64,000 bases of DNA, from the NCBI GenBank assembly GCA_964358315.1, contig CAYHOF010000004.1:2431-66430 (forward strand), in the 5' to 3' direction. Below the pieces are notes generated by a model. The model worked only from the letters and a program-made list of their open reading frames with translations, was not told the origin of the DNA and made no database searches. Shown piece by piece: positions 9,001 to 16,092 of the stretch. How positions within the stretch are numbered: position 1 is the first letter of the stretch; each line of letters begins with the position of its first letter. Both the position numbers and the translations under genes were made by a program. The stretch is from an uncultured Methanosarcinales archaeon (GTDB lineage Archaea; Nanobdellota; Nanobdellia; Woesearchaeales; ARS49).

Positions 9001-12000
9001 TTCCTGCAACGTTTCATCGAACGTTTTCACAATCGGCTGGTTGTTGTCAGTCCGCTTCCTGTTCACGATGTCGGTCGCGTCCGTGACGCCATCGCCGCGT
9101 ATCAATAATGCGTCGCCGTTGCTGAGAAACGCGCGGGTCACGACAGGTCCGGAAGGGATGAACGCGGTCCCGAAGCCCACGTCCATGGTTGCGCCTTTTG
9201 AATGGCCGAGGACGCGGCCTGGCGGGCCGAGTTGTGGGTTGTACGTGGCGCCCCGCACGTGTCCAACCTGATACCCATGGCTGTGGAGTGTGGCAACGCC
9301 TTGTTGGACGTTGATATCGATGGTCGCGCCTGAGATGAACTTGCCGATGTAGAGCCCTAACTGGTCCTGGTCCCGCATGGCGTCGAACTTTCGTCGCAGG
9401 AATTCGTCCCGGCTCGTCCTCTGTTCTGTCTGTGAGCTGGACGTGAATCCTGAGTCGATGATGGCCTGTTCGAGCACTTGCGCGGCCAGCCGCATGGTTT
9501 TTTCCCGCAGTTCGGCGTCGGCCGGTACCTTGATTGTCAGCCGTTCGAGCCCGTCTTTGATGCGTTGCAGTTGTTCGGCGGTGAGTCCATTCGGTCCGAT
9601 CGAGAGCACGTCGCTGCCAAGCGCCGTGAGGATTGCGGATTCTGTGGTGTGTCTCTCGATAGTGTCCGCCTGCACCGCTTGTGCTTTCCTGACCTGTTCG
9701 ATCGCATCAGCCCGGTCTTTCACGTTTTCTCCGGCCTTGTCCTTGATTGCGGTATACTCCTCGTTTGTGAGCGCGTCCGGATTGATCGAGAGGAGGCCTT
9801 CTCCGAGCGCTTCGTAGATTTTTTTCTGGGTCGCGGTCATGCCGCTGTCAGGACTGTAGGGCAGCACGGTCGGGATCCTCGCGCGCACGGCATCCTGGTA
9901 TTGCGGGAAGGTCTGGAGGATGCCCGACGCGGCCTTATAACGATCGAGCGCTGACGTGATGATTGGGAAGAGCGCGCCGCGGAGTTGCAGGTATCCGACC
10001 TCGCTCGTGACTGACGCGTCGTACGTCCCGGCAAGGACACCCGAGCCCGTGATGGCGATCTCGAGGACCCTGGCCGTGTTGTCATCGATGGCTTCGGTCA
10101 AGTCGATGGTGGGGTTGACGCCGTGCAGTCCCAGGTTCTCGCCGATGTACTTGCGCACTGTTCTTTTTTGTTCAAGCGTGAGGCTCTGGAACGTGCGTCG
10201 CGTGGCTTCGTTCTCTATCTGTTTGTAGAGAGCACCGATGATGCCTGCGTCGAGGCCATGGCCTGAGATGTCGCCGTATTGTATCGAGATGATGTCGTTG
10301 CCCTCCGCATCCTTCATGGCGACGACACGGACATGGTCGCCACCACCCATGCTGCTGAGCTGCTGCAGCCATTGCGCGAGCTCGACCGTGGTCCCGTCCT
10401 GGTACGCAAAGGTGAGTCCTGTCGTCGCGCCGTTGTCATCGACGGTCTTCTGGACCGTGACGCCCGGCGTCCGCTCGAGCGTGCGCACGTCGACGGACGG
10501 CTGCGCGGTGGCGCGCACGCCTTCAAGCGTGACTTGTCGCTTCCACGCGGCTATGCGCGCGGCGTTCTGTGCGGGTGTTTCAGTCGGCAGCTTCTTCTTG
10601 ACTGCAAACGGCACGAGTTTGTCTGCTTCGGCATTCACGAATTCTTCTTGGAGTCCACGGATAAGGTCGAGTTGTAGCTGCAGTCCGACGCTTTCATCAG
10701 CGGTTGCGGTGGCGAGTCGTGCGATGACCGTTCGTTCTGCGACAAGCGCGGCTTCCTGCATCAGCCAGCGTTCATGGCTGCTGATCTGGGATGCGCTACG
10801 GTCCGAATCCTTCGGTACTGTACGCAGGTTAAGCGCTGCACGGTAGCGCGTCACTGCCTCCTCTCGTGTCAACGAGACGGCATTACCGTCGATGACGATG
10901 TCGAGCAAGGCAAGGGGTGAAGGTCCGGTCTGTTGCACCGCGCGTTCGAGCCCCACGACCGTTCCATCCTTGTCGCGCGCGATCTTCTGGGTGTAATCCG
11001 GCAATGTCCCGTCCTTGCTTGTGATTTTTATCACGTCACCCAGGAGCACGTAGTCGAAGTTGGCGTCTTCATACCGTGCCACGTCGAGCATGTGGCGTTG
11101 CGTGAGCGGTTGTCCGTTGATGGTGGGCGTGCCCTCGCGCAACACGATGGGTGCTGGCTGGATCTCTGTTTGCGGCTGGCTCGGGCCGATGCCGGCGATC
11201 CTTCCTTTGGTGTCGGTGTAGATGGGGATGTCGAGGCCGGGTTGCGTCCCGTCGATACGCATGACACGGATGCCTGTAGGGGTGATCGTGTACGTGAAGA
11301 ATTCGTCCTGCACTTGCGGGTTTGTCACATCGATGGCCTGGCCGTTGATGGTGAGCTGGCCTTGTATCACCACCACAGGGGAGGGGGACTCCTCGCCCTT
11401 GATGATGATGCGGGGTTCGGTCACGCCGAGCAGCCTTCCGTTGTAGTCGCGCATGATCAGGACTTCTTGACGTGGTTGCGCCGCATCCTTGGGTATGATG
11501 TCGATGATGGCGCCCCTGCGTTGGTAGATGAAGTGCGTGTCCTCGACCCGTTGTCCTTCATCGACTTCCAACACGCCGATCTGGATTGCATCGCCCGCCA
11601 CCACGATCGCAGCCGGCGTCGGGACGATGGCTGGCTGCGGCGGCTGTTCGAGGAAGCTCTGGTCGAGTTCGTGCACTCTGCCGATCGTGAGCGGCGTGTT
11701 CTGGCCTTGCTGCCTCACTGTGGTCACGCCTGCATCGGTGACGACGTCGAGGATGGCAACCACCTGCCCGTCTGCCATGTCGCGGCTCACGCGCAGCTTC
11801 CCTTGCGTGGGGTCGTAGTCTATCGTGAAATCGCCCGCATAGACTGTCCGCGGTCTGCCGTCGAACGTGATTTCGGTCGTCGTCCCGCCTGCGAACACGC
11901 TGACGCCGTCCGCGCGCGGCACGATCATGGGCGTAGTGAGCGAGATGAGGTCACGCACGTGCTTGAGGTCGTCGTTGAGAAGGAGGAGTTGGAGCTGTCC

Positions 12001-14826
12001 ATCAACGCGATCATTATGGAGTATGGCTAGTGCGGCAAGGGTATTTTCTTGGGATCGGCTGGCGTCAGGAGACAGCACGATGGTGTCGATCTTTCCTGTG
12101 TGTTGGTCGATGTCGATGATGCTGGCGCCATCGACGTGTTCACTCGTCACGGTGACGATGCGACCGTCCTCATCGAGCACGACGTAATACTGGCTAAGCA
12201 CGCCACCCCAGACAGTCGTCACGTCTTGGGTCACTGCAGGCAGGTCTTTGCCTGTGCGTTGATTCACATCGTCTATGCCTTGTGCGAGCGCGTCGATGTT
12301 GTCGAACACGACGCGTTCCACCTCGCGTGAAGAGCCTGCAGGGAGCAGCTGGAAGTCGGAAGGCGTGAGGATCGAGCGCAGTGCCGCGTCGGCCACGATG
12401 TCTCCCTGGGCAACGGCGACAGGCGCTGCTTGTGGCGACACGCCTGTGATGATGTCGCGCACCAACAAGAGTTTGGCGAGTTCGTGCCTCGCTTTCGGGA
12501 TGTTTCTGGCGATCGTTTGGTATGCTTCCTGCAGTTGTGGGCGTCGCGTGGATCCTTCACGGGCCATCCGCATGAGTTCAGCATCGACGGCTTTGAGGTC
12601 GAGGCCAGGTCGCTGCGCGAGGACCTCGTTGCGTGCGTGCTCGAGCGCGAGCGTGCGGGCCATCTCGCGCGGCGTCATCCTGACGAGCTTTTTTACAGCG
12701 CCACGTTTTTCCGCTTCTTTGAGGAGCGCGTTTGCTTGAGGGTCTGCGTCCAGTTGTGCCCGCGCGTCAGCAAGCTGGCGCGCGACGTCAGGGGATAGTT
12801 GTTGCGCGAGTGTCCCTAGTTGCTGTTCGAGCGTCGATCGCGCTCGTGGCTTGGGTGGTTGTTTCGGATGTGGGATCGGCGCTGGCGGGATGACTGCCGC
12901 GACCGCTTGCGTGATGTCAGCGCCACGCGTTCTCTTGGCCCACCAGATGCGGAATGTCTCGATAGGGCCTGGCGTCCTGCCGAGCACAGACCTCGCTTGG
13001 AGCATGGTGACGCCCATGTCGAGGACGGCGATGACAGGAGAGATGATGAGGTACCCGAACGTCGCGGCCGACCTCAGCACCGTGGGTTTTGGTGAGGTGG
13101 TGGGCACGATCCTGGCGCGAACGTGATCCTTGATGGTGTCATCCACTGCTCTCTCGACGTCGAATTCGTCGGGGCGCTGGCCGGACGCGCCTGGCCCGCA
13201 CCTCATGCGGGACCTGAACCTGCATGCGTCATCTGCCTCGGTCCGGCGCTGCACGTCCGACGCGAACGGATCGGTGGCGGCACCGAGCGCGAGCAGCCGT
13301 TCGTAGAGCGCTTGGCTCATCGCGACCGTGCCGTCATCTTCTGTCTCGATCCCTTCTTCGACGTCTTGCGCGGCAACGCCGTGTTCTTCGCGTACCTGCG
13401 CGACTTGTGCGTCTGTCGACTGCGGTGTGACGGCTTGTTCGGCGCGTCCTTCTGTGGGTGTCGTGAAAAGCGCTTCGTTGCTCACAGGACCTAGTGCGGG
13501 CTCGCTGGGCCCGATCGCGGTGATGTGGGAGGGATCGGATGGGTCGAGGCCTTCTGCGGGGATGGCGACGACGACCATGGCATTGGGATTGTTGACCTGC
13601 ACGACCGTGCCACCGACGTCCAGCCTGTGCGTCCCATCAGTGACCGGTCTGTGGCCGATGATCATCTGCTGCACGTTCTGACCGGTCTCCCGACGTATGT
13701 CTGCAAGCAGGGTGGCGACCGCATTCGCTATCCTCTGTTGTTTCTGTTCGCGCGTGTACGGATCTTTCTCGGTCTCAAGCGTGTTGTCCGTGTGCGTGAG
13801 CGATTTGACCGCGTCATAGTCCTTGTTTTCGACATTGTAGTATGATTGCTGTATGTCCGGCGTCGTGTGCGATGCCACGAATGTCGACCCCACGACCATG
13901 AGCGGGAAACTTCGCGCCAGCGAGCCTAGCGATTCGAGCATCGCGGGTCCGAGTTTCTTCTCGATGTGATCGCGCAAGAGGCGGGATTCGCCTCCTGCTT
14001 CCGGGCTCACGAATTTGGCGGCGCCGCCGTAATATTCGGTCGCGTCGTCATGGTTGCCTTGGATGACGTGGAAGCTATCAGGGAAGGCTGCTTTGAGGTC
14101 CATGACCATCTGGAGCGCGGTCAATGATTCGACCATTTCCGCGTTGAGGCTTGCTTCGTCGCCCTGTTCCGCGTTTTCCCATCGCTCTTTGCCACGCTCT
14201 TCGGCGTGGAGGATGTCACCTAGCATGATGATGTTGGCTCCTGGCGGCGTTTGTCTGAGAAGTTCGATGTACGGCCTTTCAGAGATCGGCTCGATCTGCT
14301 GCAGCGCCTGCAGGAGCATGCCGCGACGGCCGTGCAGGTCGGGGATGATGAGGGCGGGCAGCGCTGGATTCTTGAGCGTGAGGATGCCGTTGGTGTCGAT
14401 GGCGCCGGCGAAATCGGCCGCGAGACCGGCTTCCACTGCCAGCGCTGCGCGGGCCTTGTCGATGGACGCCTGCAATGCTGTGGGGTCTATGCTTCGTGCG
14501 GCGGCCAGTGCGGCATAGTGATCGATGGATGTGGGGTCTGTGGGGATGGCGCTCGTCGCAGGAATGGTCTGACTGTCGAGAAACTGGAGTGCGATGATTG
14601 CATTGCGTCGTTCAGTGCTGTCCGCAGTGCTGTCCGCGATGATACGTTGCATCACGTCGCGCAGTTCTGCGCGCGCTTGTTCGTCCGTGATGCCTGCCGC
14701 CTTGTACTCGTTCAAGTATTGTTGGACTTGGTCGTGGACGCCTAATGGCAGCAGGCATGATTGTGCGTAGGTGGCAGGGAGCTGCAGGATGAGCAGTGCG
14801 ATGATGAGGAGGGCGCGTGTTCTCAT
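5992..14826 (-). CDS. Giant secreted multidomain protein (2944 aa). Signal peptide, N-terminal PPP-like metallophosphoesterase domain, 'RCGPGASG' module, Pro-rich linkers, long unknown regions.
   Basis: Single uninterrupted ORF. N-terminus 'MRTRALLIIALLILQLPATYAQS' reads as a signal peptide. 'IIPDLHGRRG...IIMLGDILH...VIQGNHDD' gives the phosphoesterase motifs. Codon usage is consistently coding, with an A-ending Ala/Gln/Thr codon bias. Confidence 0.8.
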   Translation of the reverse strand: MRTRALLIIALLILQLPATYAQSCLLPLGVHDQVQQYLNEYKAAGITDEQARAELRDVMQRIIADSTADSTERRNAIIALQFLDSQTIPATSAIPTDPTSIDHYAALAAARSIDPTALQASIDKARAALAVEAGLAADFAGAIDTNGILTLKNPALPALIIPDLHGRRGMLLQALQQIEPISERPYIELLRQTPPGANIIMLGDILHAEERGKERWENAEQGDEASLNAEMVESLTALQMVMDLKAAFPDSFHVIQGNHDDATEYYGGAAKFVSPEAGGESRLLRDHIEKKLGPAMLESLGSLARSFPLMVVGSTFVASHTTPDIQQSYYNVENKDYDAVKSLTHTDNTLETEKDPYTREQKQQRIANAVATLLADIRRETGQNVQQMIIGHRPVTDGTHRLDVGGTVVQVNNPNAMVVVAIPAEGLDPSDPSHITAIGPSEPALGPVSNEALFTTPTEGRAEQAVTPQSTDAQVAQVREEHGVAAQDVEEGIETEDDGTVAMSQALYERLLALGAATDPFASDVQRRTEADDACRFRSRMRCGPGASGQRPDEFDVERAVDDTIKDHVRARIVPTTSPKPTVLRSAATFGYLIISPVIAVLDMGVTMLQARSVLGRTPGPIETFRIWWAKRTRGADITQAVAAVIPPAPIPHPKQPPKPRARSTLEQQLGTLAQQLSPDVARQLADARAQLDADPQANALLKEAEKRGAVKKLVRMTPREMARTLALEHARNEVLAQRPGLDLKAVDAELMRMAREGSTRRPQLQEAYQTIARNIPKARHELAKLLLVRDIITGVSPQAAPVAVAQGDIVADAALRSILTPSDFQLLPAGSSREVERVVFDNIDALAQGIDDVNQRTGKDLPAVTQDVTTVWGGVLSQYYVVLDEDGRIVTVTSEHVDGASIIDIDQHTGKIDTIVLSPDASRSQENTLAALAILHNDRVDGQLQLLLLNDDLKHVRDLISLTTPMIVPRADGVSVFAGGTTTEITFDGRPRTVYAGDFTIDYDPTQGKLRVSRDMADGQVVAILDVVTDAGVTTVRQQGQNTPLTIGRVHELDQSFLEQPPQPAIVPTPAAIVVAGDAIQIGVLEVDEGQRVEDTHFIYQRRGAIIDIIPKDAAQPRQEVLIMRDYNGRLLGVTEPRIIIKGEESPSPVVVIQGQLTINGQAIDVTNPQVQDEFFTYTITPTGIRVMRIDGTQPGLDIPIYTDTKGRIAGIGPSQPQTEIQPAPIVLREGTPTINGQPLTQRHMLDVARYEDANFDYVLLGDVIKITSKDGTLPDYTQKIARDKDGTVVGLERAVQQTGPSPLALLDIVIDGNAVSLTREEAVTRYRAALNLRTVPKDSDRSASQISSHERWLMQEAALVAERTVIARLATATADESVGLQLQLDLIRGLQEEFVNAEADKLVPFAVKKKLPTETPAQNAARIAAWKRQVTLEGVRATAQPSVDVRTLERTPGVTVQKTVDDNGATTGLTFAYQDGTTVELAQWLQQLSSMGGGDHVRVVAMKDAEGNDIISIQYGDISGHGLDAGIIGALYKQIENEATRRTFQSLTLEQKRTVRKYIGENLGLHGVNPTIDLTEAIDDNTARVLEIAITGSGVLAGTYDASVTSEVGYLQLRGALFPIITSALDRYKAASGILQTFPQYQDAVRARIPTVLPYSPDSGMTATQKKIYEALGEGLLSINPDALTNEEYTAIKDKAGENVKDRADAIEQVRKAQAVQADTIERHTTESAILTALGSDVLSIGPNGLTAEQLQRIKDGLERLTIKVPADAELREKTMRLAAQVLEQAIIDSGFTSSSQTEQRTSRDEFLRRKFDAMRDQDQLGLYIGKFISGATIDINVQQGVATLHSHGYQVGHVRGATYNPQLGPPGRVLGHSKGATMDVGFGTAFIPSGPVVTRAFLSNGDALLIRGDGVTDATDIVNRKRTDNNQPIVKTFDETLQETLKQAVLSARDIVSLQQQLVQEAHEELGIARNGQLVDEMVDDMTGLSITLTRPRTAQPAPPQAVSRAPVTDVDAISQAAAVVERQANDPTNTPPAELVRDVQQARPIAIAEPAPITPPSRPGVSAPVYHINDPAGVHAEAERRNIPTDNAVAPATGESFGQASTNVLIAELVRDDIAAAGIAQGDTITINVGTAVTGVYVKTLRGIGNAPARIVLQSPDGTQQAYLVRHGPTGSLGVQSYRLIEKATLPAPIVPQPRTTQPMSDAERQQQIEQARKELEEQGRATLSAAEASWQTDRATANALLDAMQESEAVRELSTMTPQQVAEVLAYQRLANEILATNPDTSLTDISSRILMFEQDRLREFEQVYAEIAQQPENAKTQLAGMLLTRHALAHDKAPNVKDIVLRNFYEQGRDFLATTNTALADAGLGRRVAGIERTHLDTILVVVDRGTNARGERVTEKLPLILGLEPTTRRFDDTDIIIKRDRDTLTLEREATLLGSTRLAQLFGVKNQVLATLTVPPEAPGPRAVAPAPPGPVAPAPVTPQSAPVAPTPAPTTDQASGRGEATAAGRLLEEGVAGATDVSGETFIAEDLAPKQRAATIIEESLHSVLRTKGTQRALVDALVAGEVAFAAAKASFLAEHPEYASQSDRAIAEEIIVKFGSALTLAQRQLNTGKVAAFDAADLAHRDFVVNALGLSEAITDRSLVIALRERFGLVAGDSVIVQPQVVDQSALLQILINNVEGNTALRHVTSAPTKPAFSDVTLIPTPPRPTPTTPLPTSVEREDTRRSALATDTITRDNIHELFSNEHAPGVFGAKGMVYEDEAGELHILFWKTGDGTIGNNVHHRDGLATLIRREGDGMERYATALEARGNDEGALGALYEADKRRLLARTISYERSQTEASLPDDVLRRAEGIQMTLGKDGKVRFLDIDSSILASQLSRGTVVDATMLSRMITLAHESINPYLRGYHNIIRIKGLQTLNLNGPLELPSGLSVQDLQEE

Positions 14827-14969
14827 TTTTTCTGCGCCTCCTGTTGTTCGAGCGCGTCGAGCGCGAGCCCTATGATGTAGTCGTTGGGCTCATAGCCTGA
14901 TGCCTTGAGCCGTTTGATGCGCTCGAGATTGCGCTGGGAGATCTTCGTGATGCGTGTGATATCAGTCAT
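14823..14969 (-). CDS. Small ribbon-helix-helix/CopG-like putative DNA-binding protein (48 aa). Its TGA overlaps the ATG of giant gene 1 (ATGA).
   Basis: Translation MTDITRITKISQRNLERIKRLKASGYEPNDYIIGLALDALEQQEAQKK. Not in the ORF track because it is under 60 aa. 4-nt stop/start overlap with the giant gene. AT-rich promoter island upstream. Confidence 0.5.
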   Translation of the reverse strand: MTDITRITKISQRNLERIKRLKASGYEPNDYIIGLALDALEQQEAQKK

Positions 14970-15054
14970 GGTATACTAAAGTTTATCGTGATAGACTATA
15001 GATATATAAAAGTATACGTATATTTGTAGTCACTGACGTGTGATAAAAATAAGA

Positions 15055-15063
15055 AGATTTATA
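15055..15063 (+). promoter_or_regulatory. TATA box (gatttatata) ~40 nt upstream of the ATG at 15100, inside an AT-rich divergent promoter island at 14970–15099
   Basis: AT-rich 130-bp stretch in an otherwise GC-rich locus. GTATAC and CTATAG palindromes are present. Confidence 0.4.
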
Positions 15064-15099
15064 TAGGTGATTCCATCAGCGCGCTGCACGTGATCCACT

Positions 15100-15696
15100 A
15101 TGCCGCAAGACAACCTTATCCTCGTGTTCGATCTTGAACGTCTGGTCGCCGGCGAAAGCGATGCTGCCCGGCAGGACGTTCTCGCCGAGACGCAAACGTC
15201 CCTTCTCGAGAGGTTCGGTATCGTGGGCGCAAGCCACTGCCGCGCTGATCCGGCCGCGAACACCATCGCGCTTTCGTGGCTCTTTTGGGACACCATGCCC
15301 TCGCGGGAGCAACACTACGCGCAATGTAGAACGGCAAGGGCCGAGCGCGCCGTGCTCGACGCGGTGCCCAAAACACCGCAGTACCAGAACATCGACATCC
15401 CGTTGCGTTCTGACAATTTCGGGGCCGCGCAGTTCGCCTTGAGCGGTGCCATCGGCACCGACATCGGCGTCGGCGGTCATGGCTCGCCGCTACAGAATTG
15501 CACGCGCAAAGACAATAGCTTCGTCTACGCCACGCCCGATGGCAAGCACGTCTTCATCGAGGACCATTGTGTCGATCGGTACAGGTTCATGCGCTTGCGC
15601 ATCGACGATGATGCGCGTGCCATGCTCGACATGTTCGACGCCGCTCTCAACTTTAAGTATGCTCGGCAGAAACAATACGCTGCCAGGAAACAGTGA
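15100..15696 (+). CDS. Hypothetical protein (198 aa)
   Basis: GC3 ~75 % with the genome's preferred codons (gac, atc, ttc, ggc). TATA box upstream. No recognisable domain. Confidence 0.4.
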   Translation: MPQDNLILVFDLERLVAGESDAARQDVLAETQTSLLERFGIVGASHCRADPAANTIALSWLFWDTMPSREQHYAQCRTARAERAVLDAVPKTPQYQNIDIPLRSDNFGAAQFALSGAIGTDIGVGGHGSPLQNCTRKDNSFVYATPDGKHVFIEDHCVDRYRFMRLRIDDDARAMLDMFDAALNFKYARQKQYAARKQ

Positions 15697-15702
15697 CGCG
15701 CC

Positions 15703-16092
15703 ATGGCCTTGCCGTCTAGCGCGCCGACAATCGTGGGCATTGACCATCTGGTACGGCAGCTTTTTGGTCAGGAGCACCAGATCAAGTGCGTCGCGAACGA
15801 ACGCGGTATGGTGTTCCATGGCGTCAATAGCCAGCACGCGTGGAACGGTGTTTTTGGCGTCTGTTATGTCGAGGGCTCGAAAGGCAACGCGCTTGCCGGC
15901 GTCATTTACAACAACCAGATTGAATTCAGGCGTCACGATGCCTTCACCGAGCAGCGCGTCAGGACCATGATGTCGTTTGTGGCAGTTGAAGTGAAAAAAT
16001 CCCTTGATCATTCTCTCGTGCCAGTCTTTGATGGTTACGAGCTCGTCTACGGTGCCACCCGGTTGGGACGCGTGGACGATTCAGCACTGTAG
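15703..16092 (+). CDS. Hypothetical protein (129 aa)
   Basis: Starts 6 nt after the stop of the previous ORF. GC3 ~70 %. Competes with the opposite-strand ORF 15490..16011. Confidence 0.35.
   Translation: MALPSSAPTIVGIDHLVRQLFGQEHQIKCVANERGMVFHGVNSQHAWNGVFGVCYVEGSKGNALAGVIYNNQIEFRRHDAFTEQRVRTMMSFVAVEVKKSLDHSLVPVFDGYELVYGATRLGRVDDSAL

Noticed and set aside
10933-12030. 365-aa plus-strand ORF, plus many other 100–300-aa ORFs inside 5992–30747
   Set aside because: Antisense or out-of-frame to the giant genes, with Arg/Cys/His-rich improbable composition. Treated as high-GC artefacts.
15490-16011. 173-aa minus-strand ORF between the giant genes
   Set aside because: Not firmly rejected. Lower GC3 than the overlapping plus-strand ORFs, and no TATA or Shine–Dalgarno. 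Kept as the alternative in the findings.
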